This document shows positions 34,395 to 46,303 of a stretch of 64,000 nt of DNA, piece after piece (position 1 is the first letter of the stretch; each line of letters begins with the position of its first letter). Under the pieces are notes generated by a model. The model worked only from the letters and a program-made list of their open reading frames with translations. It was not told the DNA's origin and ran no database searches. The translations under genes and the position numbers were made by a program. This DNA is from Craspedostauros australis (lineage: Eukaryota). The stretch lies in the NCBI GenBank assembly GCA_030167865.1, contig JALAGF010004276.1, positions 1 through 64,000 of the forward strand, in the 5' to 3' direction.

Positions 34395-35534
34395 ATGTCC
34401 ATTCTGTCATCTGGTTCCATCGCACTGTTGGTGTGGATATCGGCATGCATCCATGGTTGCCTTGCATGGGCGCCTGCATCACAGCCAAGTCGTCCATGGA
34501 GATCCACACGGCACACTTCCTCATCACTTTCGTCGAGATCGTCACAATCGACGTCGACGACGATAATGAGGAACAGAATGACGTATCAATTCAATCCGTC
34601 GACACACGAAGTCCTCCTGCATGCTGCATCGCTGGATTCTGCTGCGGTGATCAACGCAACTGCTGACTCCACGGCAAAGCAAACCAAAGACGACAGCATT
34701 GACGCCACCAGACTGCGCAAATTGCAGGGCAAGCTCCTCAAGAGCATGCGCCAAGTGTGCAAGGACTATGACATGATCCAGCCCAACGATCACATCATGA
34801 TTTGCGTGTCGGGTGGCAAGGATTCCGCCACGCTGCTCTACCTCATGTTGCTGCTGCAGAAGCAGCTGGCACCCACGTGTCCCTTCCAAATCACGGCGGT
34901 GCATGTCGATCAGAAACAGCCCGGATACAATGGAAAGCCGTTGCTGGAATGGTTGCAACAGGACCTTCAAGTTCCGTACCACATCATCGAGGAGGACACG
35001 TACTCCGTCGTCGTCGACAAGACGGACGCCGGCAAAAGCTACTGCACCATGTGCTCACGATTGCGCCGCGGCATCCTGTACACGACGGCCCAAACCAAGC
35101 TGACCAACTGCACCAAACTCGCGCTGGGACATCACGCCGATGACGCCATGGAGACCATGTTCCTCAACATGATCCACACGGGATGCATGCGATCCATGCC
35201 GGCCCGGTACACAGCCCAACGCGCATCGCTGGGCGTGCTGCGTCCTCTCATCCTGTGCTTGGAAGCGGATATTGCCGAGTACGCGCAGCTGCGGCAATTT
35301 CCCATTTTGCCTTGCAATCTGTGCAGCAATCAGGCCAATTTGCAACGTCCGCAAATCAAGTTGCTGCTGGAGACCTTGTTGACGTTCACGCCGGATGCGA
35401 AGAAGAATGTGATGAATGCCATGGGAGATATCCATCCGAGTCACATGCTGGATCAGAAGTTGCGCAAGTCGTGCGGGATGGATCCGATCACGGGAGAGAG
35501 CGACGAAGACGATGAAATGGCGGAACTGCGGTGA
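34395..35534 (+). CDS. ttcA: tRNA 2-thiocytidine(32) synthetase TtcA with bipartite plastid-type presequence
   Basis: PP-loop VSGGKDS, VHVDQKQPG, IIEEDTYSVV, CTMCSRLRRGILY, ALGHHADD and PILPCNLC. Confidence 0.92.
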   Translation: MSILSSGSIALLVWISACIHGCLAWAPASQPSRPWRSTRHTSSSLSSRSSQSTSTTIMRNRMTYQFNPSTHEVLLHAASLDSAAVINATADSTAKQTKDDSIDATRLRKLQGKLLKSMRQVCKDYDMIQPNDHIMICVSGGKDSATLLYLMLLLQKQLAPTCPFQITAVHVDQKQPGYNGKPLLEWLQQDLQVPYHIIEEDTYSVVVDKTDAGKSYCTMCSRLRRGILYTTAQTKLTNCTKLALGHHADDAMETMFLNMIHTGCMRSMPARYTAQRASLGVLRPLILCLEADIAEYAQLRQFPILPCNLCSNQANLQRPQIKLLLETLLTFTPDAKKNVMNAMGDIHPSHMLDQKLRKSCGMDPITGESDEDDEMAELR

Positions 35535-37024
35535 CGAGGAGGAGCATGGCTATTGGTATTAGTATTGGCATTAGTATTGGTACTCTGCTGGCATGCATTG
35601 CCATATGTATGAACTACAATATGCGGAAGAATGGAAACGAACAATGATGTGTTTGTGTTCAACTCCGCATGATGGAGCATCGATCGATAAGCCAAACATC
35701 TAACAGCGGGTTGAGATTCAATCGCGCTCTCTTGAAGCACCCTCGTTCAACACTGTCCAATTGCTCGTAGAGTCGTGCTGTCGACAGAGGCAAACCAATT
35801 CAAAACGCGCTGTCGCGGTTGGAGAGACCCATGACAAATACGTAGACGCTGCTGCAAAGGAGCAGGTTGGAATCGAGGGATTAAATGACATCGCGGGAAC
35901 CTCATCTCAGAGGCGCTGGCCAATGTTGCGTCATCGCAAACTTGGAGACTCCGTGTCGCTTTCAGCAAAGTGTCTTGCATGGGACAAAAGGGAACCAAAC
36001 ATTCGCGGCCCTTCGCGGGTCGTGTCCTCTCTTGATCGATCCACATTTGCCCAAGCGCAGATCGTCCTCCACGAAAATGATAGGAGTGGACACAGCGGGG
36101 GTTCTTCGCTTTCTGTCCACAGATGCGATGTGCGTGTGGCGCCAAGATAGGAAACAGCATGGTGGCATGCAACAAGAGGCACAATTATGCCAGTTGGTTA
36201 AGATCGGTTATCTTCTTCGATTCCCGCCAGAACTGCGCAGTGTCAGGTGGCAGAATTTGTGTTTGTCTTGGTTGGATCTTGGTTCGGGAGTTGCGGTAAT
36301 TAATATATATTTATCAATTGAGAGGCATGCTCACAGTTGATGTGCTGTTGGTCGTTGTGACTGCCAGTTGGTCATCTGGCTCCCAAAAAGCGTGACAATG
36401 ACCCTTTGGGACTCATCCGATTCAACGATCCGAAATCTTTCTGGAAAACGGTCACTGTCATTTGGTGGATTGATCATCCCATCAAGGAAAAGGCGTGCTT
36501 GTTCGAGAAAATGAAAATGGGAGCCACAGCGCTGTTCCTCTGTTGTGAGGGTTGGACGAGACAGATTGCCGGGAGGCCATCAGTCACGATGTCCTCTGGT
36601 GTCTTGGTTGGGTTTCCCTCTCTCGGCCGCGCAGCGCGAAGGGTGACAAGAACACCCACCACGACAGAGGCTGCCACCAACTCCATCACAAACGTGACTG
36701 TGAAGACTGCAACGATCGTGGCAATCAGAGGGACCGCGCGTGAGGAGAGAGAACAGCACCCGCCAGGCAACAAAGAGAGTCAGCAACGGCAACAGCAACA
36801 AAGCACACATCGTCGGCGACCCATTCCGCTGTGAAAGAAAAGCGCCAAGAAACAAGAGAAGGCCAAGCATCACTGTGCCATACCGATACACAACCACAAT
36901 TTGGGACTGATTGGAGATAGCACACCATCTCCGTCTTTGCCATTAGTTCTGTTTCACTAGCACGCCATCCTCGTTCTGCACTGCACTGCACTACCTGCAA
37001 CACAATTGCAACACCGATAACACC

Positions 37025-38785
37025 ATGACTCGCTACGACAAGATGGACCCAGAGGAGATCGGGCGCCGCGCCTGGAAGAGCGCCTCTCGCGCCGCCAAGC
37101 ACATGTCCAAGCATTCCAGAATCGTCAACCCAAGCCTGGAGAAATGCATTCCGAGATTTGAGCGATCGGAGGTCATCCTGGGGGAGTTCCTCGGCAGCGG
37201 TGGATTCAATGACGTCTACGAAGTCCGGGAGATCTCGCTGGTGCAGAACCTGGAGGAGGCCGAGCACGCCAAGAAGATCGCCTCCCCGCTGCAGCAGGAG
37301 CACCGCAACTTCGTCGCCAAGCACGTCTTCCGCGAGTCCAGCCAGAACTGCAGATACGCCATGAAGTTCCTGTCGATGGACACTCTTGCGGATCCGAATC
37401 GTTTCTGCACTGGTGCTGCAGACTTGGTTGTGGTAAGTTGTTCGTCGTCTCTCTTCTTCCTCTTGTGTTGGGTTATGCTTGAGTTGTCCCTACTCTATTC
37501 TGCTCTGTTGCACTCTACTCTGCTCTACTCTACTCTGTTCCTATCCACATGTTCCTCCAACCACCAACCCATTCATTTTCCTAACATTTGCCTAACAACC
37601 TGCCCAAAATCCTATCTTGTTGCCATACACATTGCACACACTATGACACCATGCCTAACTCAAATCCAACCCAACAAAACCGCAGGAGGCCAAGTTCTTG
37701 GCATCATTAGAGCATCCCAACATCATCAAGCTCCGTGGTATGGCTGCCGCCGGAACGTCCGGCTTTGCCACCCTCAAGGAACGTGGCTACTTCCTTCTGC
37801 TGGACCGTCTGCAGTGCACCTTGGAGGACAAGATCGATCTGTGGGCCGACTACGATAAAAGCCTCGCATCTGATAAGTCCGGCAAGAAGCGCCGCTTCTT
37901 CTTGGCGGAACGTCTCCACGTCGCTTTTGATGTCTGCGCCTCGTTGGACTACCTGCACCGCAACATGATCATCTACCGTGATCTCAAGCCAGACAACATC
38001 GGATTCGATGTCAGAGGTACGTGTGATATGGGGAGTGCATATGTTGACGTTAATGTTGCTTGAAGCTTGCGGCTGTTGGCTGTGGGCTGTGGGCTGTTGG
38101 CGTTGTTTTGGTCGAGAGCGTATCTCTTGGCACTGAATTGGGACTGAATTGGCAAATAATATCTGACTCACACACATCACGTCGTAACATACGTACCACC
38201 TTGCAAACATTCACAGGCGACGTCAAGCTTTTCGATTTCGGTCTCGCCAAGGAGCTCGACCCCAGCCTTCGTGCTGGCCTCACCGAGTTCTACGAGCTGT
38301 CTGGCAACACCGGAAGTCTCCGATACATGTCCCCAGAAGTCGCGCGTTCCGAACCATACAACCTCACAGCCGACGTGTACTCATTCGGTCTCTTGCTGTG
38401 GCAGATCTGCTCCCTCGATCTCCCATACGACGGCATGAACCGTCAGGATCATTCCGAATCCGTCGTGCACGGCAACGAACGTCCAGTGCTCGACGCCAGC
38501 TGGTCGACGCCGCTCCGCATCCTCATGAAGCGCTCTTGGGAACCAGATCCGCTGGTCCGACCCACCATGGACTCCATCTACAAGATCTTGCGCAGAGAAA
38601 TTTGTGCCCTGCGTGATGGTGACGAGAGTGGTCTCGAGCACACCAAGCGCCGATCCACATTCGTCCTCAACCGAGACTCCGTCGCCAACGAAGAGCGACA
38701 GCGTGCCAGGATTCGTGCCAAGCGCTCTGGCGCAGACAGCATCGACAGAGAGGATAGACCCCAATCTTCGCTCGCTGGTCCGTAA
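37025..38785 (+). CDS. Protein kinase of a diatom-expanded family; 3 exons (37025-37432, 37686-38016, 38217-38785)
   Basis: LGSGGFNDV, YAMKFL, EAKFLASLEHPNII, YRDLKPDNIGFD, VKLFDFGLAKE, TGSLRYMSPE and DVYSFG. The GT-AG introns keep the frame. Confidence 0.93.
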
Positions 38786-39728
38786 TCAGCGGCATCCCAT
38801 ATTGCTGTTACAACAACAGCGACAGCAGCAGCAACCGGCGGCAGCCACAGCGATACCAGGATGAGCTGACATCAAGGATGCGGAAGAGGAAGAGGTTTGG
38901 GGGGAACCGCGACATCAAGAGCAGAACGCAGAGAGAGAGAGAGAAGGCGCGCTCCATTGGTTGTGATTGCTGTCTCTCTTGAAGTCGGTCTTCACCAAAT
39001 AGTACAACACACGCAGTGTGCGCATCGAGACATTGCGTTTTCAGCTTCGGGAAGGAAGTGCTGCACAGTGGGCATGCAATCATGGTATGCCGAGACTCTT
39101 TCCCCCAATTAAGCAGGCGGACAGTGCCTGGCCCATGAGTCACCACCATGGTGCAATGGTCAGGGATGGCGCTGCACACATAAGGAAGAAGAAAGAACGA
39201 GAGACACACAGAGCGGGAGAAACCCCGGGAGCACGGCGGGATAGAAGAGACATACAAATACACATGCGTTCCTTTGTCAAACTGTAACAAATTCATAGAT
39301 AACACGGCTCTATTTCCTTGTATTCTACTCCATCTATTCTCTGAAGAGAGAGAGAGAGGCAGCGCGCCTTTCGTTGTTTGCAAAGAGCGCTGTTCTTGAA
39401 TGCCGATGAACGTGCGTGCAGCATGCATCCGCAGCGTGTGTTCCGTACTGAAGAACAAGCCGAAGACGGTGACGCCCATGATTCTGTGCACATCGACAAA
39501 TACGCCATCAACAACGCCTTTCCTTGTTCGTTTATGGTGTGCTCTATCATGATTTGTTGCTTAGTCTATTCTGCTGATTGTTTGTTCCCCTTGTTATGGT
39601 GTCAATAATTGTCTTGTGCTGATCGTCATCGTCGCCAGCCGGTGTATCTGTTAGTTTCATTTCCCCCCTTCTCTCTCTCTCTCCGTTTCACCCTGCCATG
39701 CGATACAGAAACCACCCTGCTTCCCGCA

Positions 39729-41339
39729 TCATGCCCGATCCATGCACGCCTCGATGAGATCGGGACGCGACATGAAGAAGAGAATCCAATGAGGCCGCGC
39801 CGCATGCGGAATGTAAGAGACGGCCAAATGTCCGCGCTTATCGCGCACGAACAGGAGCTCGGGACAGTAACGCAGCAGCAGTGCCACGGCCTCGAAATTG
39901 GGTGTCTCCGTCCATGCCGCATCATGCAATGGCGTGCGGCCGTAGTCGTCCTGCAGACGCAAGTTGACCTTGACGATCTTGGCGAGGTACCTGAGGATGG
40001 CGTAGTTGCCGCGTCGGCAGGCGATGTGGACGATGGATTCGCCGAACTTGTTGCTGCAGTTGTGGAGGTCGCAGCCGGTCGTGTGCAGGCGTTGGATCGT
40101 GAGGAGGTCGTTGGATCGCGCGGCCTTGGCGGCCTGCGGGTAGGACGGCGATGTGATGTCGATGTGCTGGACGGGCTTCTTCATGCGGCTGCCCTTCCTG
40201 TTGCCAGCGTTGAACTTGCTGAGGTTTGGCTTGAGCTCATCGAGGGCTGAGTAGCCGTAGGCCTTGACGTACTCCGTGAGGAACTCCTCCGGCTGGATGT
40301 GGGCGTACTTGTTGAATTCCGAGACGTAGGAGGCGTTCTCGCTGTCGCCGGCCATGGCGCTGGGCAGCTTGGGATTGCAGTTCTGGGTCTGCATCGCCTT
40401 GCTGTTGTAGGGAGCGGTGGACGTGCCCTTGCGGATCTTGCGCAGAAAGGTCTCGCTGCGCGAGGTGTGTTCGCTGGCGCGAGACCAATCGTCGCTTTCG
40501 TTGCCGCTGACGTAGTTGAGCTGTTTGGTGTTGCTCTTGGTTCCTGTGACATTGTTTGTGCTTGTGATCTTTGCTGGCTTTCGCGATGCCTGCTGCTGTC
40601 TTTGCTGTCGCGCCTGCTGCTTCTTGAGTCCGTTCATGGAGGGCAAGCTCTGGAAGCTGCCGCTGCGGCGCAATCCCGAGCCGCTCTTGGAGGTGTGGCG
40701 CAGGTGTTCCGTGATCCCCACGGTCTCCATTTGGAACTGGCCGTTGCGGATGATGGGATCGTCGTTCTTGAGCATCCAGGACTCCATCTCCTCGAGGTCG
40801 CTGTCCCACTCACCCGAAGACGAGGAATCGGATGACGGGTACGAAGATGATGCATCGGACTCGGAGGAGTTGTCATCCGAATCCTCACCATCGTCGTCGC
40901 TGCCATCGTAGTCCGAATCGTTGCCGTAGCTGCCCATGTTGTAGTCATCATCATCGTCATTGTTGACGTTGACGTGCTGGCCTGCCTTTGCACCGCGTGT
41001 TCGATGCTGGAACGTGGTTGCGGATGGACCGGGCACCTCGACGTTGCAGAAGGTTCCGACGGAGCTGTCCTGCACGCTCTCCTCCTCCGTGGCCGTCGTG
41101 AAGGAGCGCGTCATGCCATCGTCGCTGTACGACCTCGATGGCGTGCGGCGCCCATTCTGGCGTTGCAAGTGGTCGGCATGATCCGAGATCACGACGATCT
41201 TGGATGGAGCGAAGGCGGTCATGGGAGCTTTTGTGATGGTGGCATCCACCATGCTGCTGTTGCTATTGTTGCTACTGTTGCGGGTGCGTTGCTTCATGGC
41301 CAGGATCTCGTCGAAGCTGAGGCGGGTGTCGACGTTCAT
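39729..41339 (-). CDS. C-terminal ankyrin-repeat protein with acidic/disordered N-terminus
   Basis: NKFGESIVHIACRRG, DDYGRTPLHDAAW and LFVRDKRGHLAVSY. Confidence 0.87.
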   Translation of the reverse strand: MNVDTRLSFDEILAMKQRTRNSSNNSNSSMVDATITKAPMTAFAPSKIVVISDHADHLQRQNGRRTPSRSYSDDGMTRSFTTATEEESVQDSSVGTFCNVEVPGPSATTFQHRTRGAKAGQHVNVNNDDDDDYNMGSYGNDSDYDGSDDDGEDSDDNSSESDASSSYPSSDSSSSGEWDSDLEEMESWMLKNDDPIIRNGQFQMETVGITEHLRHTSKSGSGLRRSGSFQSLPSMNGLKKQQARQQRQQQASRKPAKITSTNNVTGTKSNTKQLNYVSGNESDDWSRASEHTSRSETFLRKIRKGTSTAPYNSKAMQTQNCNPKLPSAMAGDSENASYVSEFNKYAHIQPEEFLTEYVKAYGYSALDELKPNLSKFNAGNRKGSRMKKPVQHIDITSPSYPQAAKAARSNDLLTIQRLHTTGCDLHNCSNKFGESIVHIACRRGNYAILRYLAKIVKVNLRLQDDYGRTPLHDAAWTETPNFEAVALLLRYCPELLFVRDKRGHLAVSYIPHAARPHWILFFMSRPDLIEACMDRA

Positions 41340-43547
41340 CTTTGGTTGCAGTTGTTAGAGGTTGCGGTGGATGGAATGTGTGGATGGAATGGGAAGATGG
41401 AGATGTGAGGAGGAATGCAAGGACGTTGATGCTCTTGCGGGTGAAGCACGGCAAAGAAGTCGAGGTTCTTTTAGGCGCTGGAATCGTTTTGCTTCGACTT
41501 CCTGATTTTGTGACATGAGAGTGGCACCCACCCAACAAACAATCGAACAATCGAACGAACCGGGATCAGATAGCGCAGAGCGAGCGGCCACAGCAGACGA
41601 AGAGGATGGAACCGAGGGAGACGGAGATTCGCGTTGGTCTGCGAGTGCGTGTCGGAATGTTTGGCCTTTCTGGTGGATGTGCGTCATCTGCCTGTTGGGG
41701 TATAGGTATTGGTGCGACCTATGGTGCGGTGATTGTCGCGTTCGCAAGAAGCAATCTGCTGATGATGTTTGCGACTGCCTGACCAGTCAATCGTCGACGA
41801 TGACGCCAGCTGCCGATTTTATCACTGATGGTTGGCTCCCACAGCTGAGGCGAATCGGCGGCGGAATTGTGTCTCCGCAGGACGGCTGTGTTGGCGTTGG
41901 CTTTGTCTTGCTTGGGACGCAGGCCATGGAACAGTTGCGCTGCTGGGGCCCGTCTTCCTTTTCGGCAATCTGGTCTGTCTCCATGCGAGAGGTCGCTTGT
42001 CTCCTTGCGGTCCTCGCCTCGTTCCAGTGTGTCTACGTGATGCTCCTTGTTATCCTGCACTCTTCGCGGAATGCGATGGAGCGGAAGCCATGGTGCTCGT
42101 GAGGCCTTTTTGTCGTTGCCTTCGCGCTTTGTTGTTTCTTGCCAACGATACCGTCTCTCTCCATCTCTTTCCACTTCATCGGGCCACTCGATTCTCTGCT
42201 GTCCTTCCTTCCTTCCTTTCTCTTGGTGTGCGGCACTTCGGAGTCCGCCGCTCTCGGTTGGCAACGATGTCTTTTCATGCAGCGGCACCAACAGATCACA
42301 CAAACACAGAGCGGCCACATCCGCAAAACGCGTACGTGTACTCGTTCGATGCATGACGTGAGGCGACTTACAATCCTAAATTATGTCTTTGTGGAGTTGC
42401 GATAATGTCGATGGTCCAAGTGTGATGTTTGATCATGGCAGTATCCGCACGACTATGTATGGCTGCGATACATGCGAAGTGTGGCAGAGTGGAGGATAAT
42501 ACTTTGCCACGGATGTTGCCACGGATGTTGCCACGCAACGTCTTTCTTGGTGGATGTGGTTGTTGGCGCTGACTTTGGCGCATGTATCGGCGACGCGTCA
42601 CAACCTTTCCAACCCAAGGAAGCTTTTGTCGGTTACACTTGCGGGAACGGCACAAGAAACATCACCTCGCTTCACTCGCGATTTCTCCTCTCTGCCCTCC
42701 TCGACTTTCTTGTTCCCCTTTCCACATCACTTCTGGTCCTCGTCAGTATGGCGCGTGTATGACCTGAACTCGTGGCGGTCGCCACGCTGTCTGTCACCAG
42801 CTCGTCCAAAGCATGTTGTTGCAAATAGGTAGCACAGTGGGTGTCTTGGTTGTCCACCGCATCTCTTTGTCCATCTCTGAGTTGTTTGCCGCCACCACGT
42901 CCGAGTGGCGTGGTCCTAATTCCGCTTCGAATCTGCATTTTGCGCCTTTCCACATCAATGCACTGTCCGTTTCCTTCTTTGCAACGATCGACGCCAAACA
43001 CCTCCACAAACACGAGCAAGTTCACCACGCACACCAACGTCAACAGCGATAACACATCACAATGACACGAACGACCTAATCGCGTGTGTGTCTTTGTAAC
43101 TTCCCACAAAGCGAAAATGGCTGCGAAACCTTTCCGTTGTGTCGACGTGGCGCACAAAAGACATCTTCCTGACCAATCGCAACGGCGTGGAACACTAACA
43201 GAATCAGATCGTGAAGCCCTTCAATGTTTCTGTGACCATCTGCAACCATCGCCATTAATCCGGGCGCGTCACGTAGTCTTGTCCATGACGTCACGTTTTC
43301 ACACATAAGATCACGCCCAAACACCAATTCCTATTAGTCATCTGAGTCGATGGTTGGTTCACCCCAACGCGCACGTCTGAATCACGTCTGCGGTTCACAC
43401 AAATTCGGGTTTCGTGAAACGAACAAACGAGAGCCATCACTTTCGGTGTTGTTTCGTTCCGAGGCGAGTAGTCTCTTCGGTGAGCGCACACGCACAATCG
43501 TGTGGGACACACGAGCGGCAATGACATGGTGTTGATGGAACGACACC

Positions 43548-43578
<31 letters not shown>

Positions 43579-44308
43579 TTGCTCTTGATCTCTCTTCCAC
43601 GATGTTGGCTGTGCACGACGGCCGTCCACAATGAGTTGAAACCATGCGTTCCGTCTGTGTTCCAGATGGGATTCAACGCCTTCGCTTCAGATCTTGCGAG
43701 GCACTCTGCTCTGTATGGAATACTTGATGGTCCCCGTGCGTTTCCCAAGTCTCGGCGTTCTTTGAGGCCGTCGCAGACAAGTTGGCCACGGTCGGATAGA
43801 TGATGGGTGCTCTCATAACGTCGACCCTGCAGCAACTCGTTCTGCGCTCGTTTCCATGTTTCACAACTCAAGGGATCCAACGGTCGTTGATGGCGATGTG
43901 CCATGCGGACCCTCTGGTGATGGTCGGTTTGAGCAGGGTTGAATGCCACGATGGCGTGCGCAACTTCCCGGTCTCATCGAGTCGGATGGCAAGAAAGCAA
44001 CATCACATTGCAACACAACGTCATAAAATCGGATCGCGATCTTCGAACCACAAGGTGAGTAGTGACGACTTCCTTCGTTGAGTTGGTGGCTCCACAGTGT
44101 CATACAGCAATGCACAGCTTGTTTCCAGTTGCATTGCAGCGTTTTCCGCGTCGCTCTTACACTATGTATCCACGCTGACGCATTACTCAACATCCCAACA
44201 ACCTCCTGCAATTGTTTCCGTTCCACTCTGTATCGATCAAGGATCCATCACCAACAGGACACGAATTACTTCCTCTCCTGTCGACTCATACCTTGGCAAC
44301 ATCGCAAA

Positions 44309-45523
44309 ATGGCGTCAACGAACTGGAACAATGATTCGCCGTTGTCACGCCCGAACAACACGGATTGGGTCTCGGGCGTCTTGGAAATCGCATCAAAAAG
44401 GAACGTAAAAAAATCATCCAGGGATTCCATCCGATTCGCTTCCATCGCCAAGTCTCTCGACAGTGATGTCCAAGTCAATCCAAAGCTGGACGCCACCAAG
44501 GATAAGTTGGCTGCCGCAATCAAACTTCGGCAAGTAAGCGTTGTGGAGGACATCTTGGAGAAGTGCGATGCAGATGACAAGCTGAAGGCAGAATATCTCA
44601 AGCATGCGCTGAATGCTGCAAGCGACGCAAAGTGCTCTGAAATCATGATTTCCCTGACCAAGCCATGGTTTGAGCAACATTCGAAGAAGAAATCGACATG
44701 CGACACCACCACAAATACTTTCATGCAAATGGCACTCCTCAGCGTCAACCAGGATAGACTCAAAGCTCTCGAACACGAAGACTTTGCTGATCTCATCTTC
44801 CTCGTCGGAAACCGTGACAAACAACAAGCCATCAAAGCGAACAGTTGGGTGGTGCGAGCCACTGTCCCATCCATCCGCACCATGATCGATTCTGGTATTC
44901 ACACACAACGTCAAGATCAAACCACATCCAACAGCACCAGCAATAACAACGAGGACCTCAAAGTGAATGTCAACAACAATACCGCCACCATCCTCCTCCC
45001 TGACCTCCATCCAACACATGTCAGATACATCATTCGATACATCTACTCTGGCGATGTCACCTTCCTCAACGGTGATGACATGTCAAAGGCGGACGATCTC
45101 CGAGACATGATCAAAACGGCCAACCGATTCGGATGCTGGAAGCTCAAGCTCATCATCGAGGCACAGCTCATCAATAAGCATCTCACGGGATCTTCAATGA
45201 TCGATCTGTTGCTGCTGGCACGTGAGCACGAGTGTGTGATGCTCAAGGATGCTGGCATCCGGATGGCTGCCAAGAATGTGGATGAGTTGTTCGGTCATCC
45301 GGAGTGCGGCCGGTTGATCGCATGCACTGAGCTGATGACTGAAGTCCATGTGATGCGCAAGGGTGACGTTCCAAGTGATGGGACTGTGAATGACGAGTTT
45401 TCGAAGATGTCGGTGATGGAGTTGTACGGGTCCTTGGCTGGGAAGGATAATGTGAAGGTGGAGGCGTACATGGATCGCCCATCATTGCTGGCGTTGGTGC
45501 GCTCCGCGGCCATAGAGGGTTGA
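44309..45523 (+). CDS. BTB/POZ-domain protein (tandem paralog A)
   Basis: FADLIFLVG...IKANSWVV...LPDLHPTHVRYIIRYIYSG...ANRFGCWKLKLIIEAQL, followed by SPOP-like BACK helices. Confidence 0.85.
   Translation: MASTNWNNDSPLSRPNNTDWVSGVLEIASKRNVKKSSRDSIRFASIAKSLDSDVQVNPKLDATKDKLAAAIKLRQVSVVEDILEKCDADDKLKAEYLKHALNAASDAKCSEIMISLTKPWFEQHSKKKSTCDTTTNTFMQMALLSVNQDRLKALEHEDFADLIFLVGNRDKQQAIKANSWVVRATVPSIRTMIDSGIHTQRQDQTTSNSTSNNNEDLKVNVNNNTATILLPDLHPTHVRYIIRYIYSGDVTFLNGDDMSKADDLRDMIKTANRFGCWKLKLIIEAQLINKHLTGSSMIDLLLLAREHECVMLKDAGIRMAAKNVDELFGHPECGRLIACTELMTEVHVMRKGDVPSDGTVNDEFSKMSVMELYGSLAGKDNVKVEAYMDRPSLLALVRSAAIEG
44985..45511 (+). repeat. Near-identical duplicated segment, copy 1 (copy 2 at 47508-48034)
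   Basis: Ungapped alignment at offset 2523 with about 6 mismatches in 527 bp (by eye). Confidence 0.95.
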
Positions 45524-46303
45524 AGGTGTACCTGCACAGAAGTGAACAATGGCGAGAAAGGATCGCGATACTTGCTCTTTCCCTTTTCGCATTCAGGTGA
45601 TTCGTCGTGTGCCCACAAAAATGAACTGATAACTAAATAGTCGCATCAATTAGAGATAATCACAAAGTGCTTTTCTCTGCTCTGCTCCATACCTCCGCAA
45701 CCGATCATCAAGTATCGCAGGAGTACTTGTGTGCGATGTGGGTCGGTGCCATGAATCCATCGCATTGGTCCTCGCAAATTCGCGTTGTCTTCCACCCATC
45801 AAGGGGCAGCGAGTGGCTTTGGTGATTCCAGTTGGTCGGATCAAAGATACCAGAACTGCGAGGGTATCTTTTGTGCACGAGGATGTCAGAATTTCTTCGC
45901 GGTGCGACCAAGCCGCACGTGCGTGGTGGCGGGATCTTTGGTGTTGTTCTTCCGCACCGATGGGAGTCCTTGACGAAAACCATGAAACGGACTTGTTCCG
46001 TGACGAGATGCGAAAGCGAGGAAAGGGTGGAGGTGCTCATAATCCCATCAAGAGGCATACTCGCACAAGGGTGAGTGGGAGGAGAGGTGTTGCAACTGGA
46101 TGGCGCTCGCCACGGAGAGCGCACACAAGCTCTGATCCTCATGTAGTTTGCATCGCTGACGTTGCAACCGAATTCTGGGTTGTCATGTGTCCTTCCTTCT
46201 CACAATCGTCTACTTCTTGATCTTCTCGCGTTGCATCTGACCAGGCAAGTTGCCGAATCGAACAAGACTGTGCGACCAAGCCTGAAGATCATCAACTCTC
46301 AAC

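Noticed and set aside
41400-44300. 2.9 kb gene-free stretch with a 12-bp tandem repeat (GCCACGGATGTT, about 42506-42535)
   Set aside because: No terminal repeats or transposase/RT motifs seen, so it is not callable as a mobile element.
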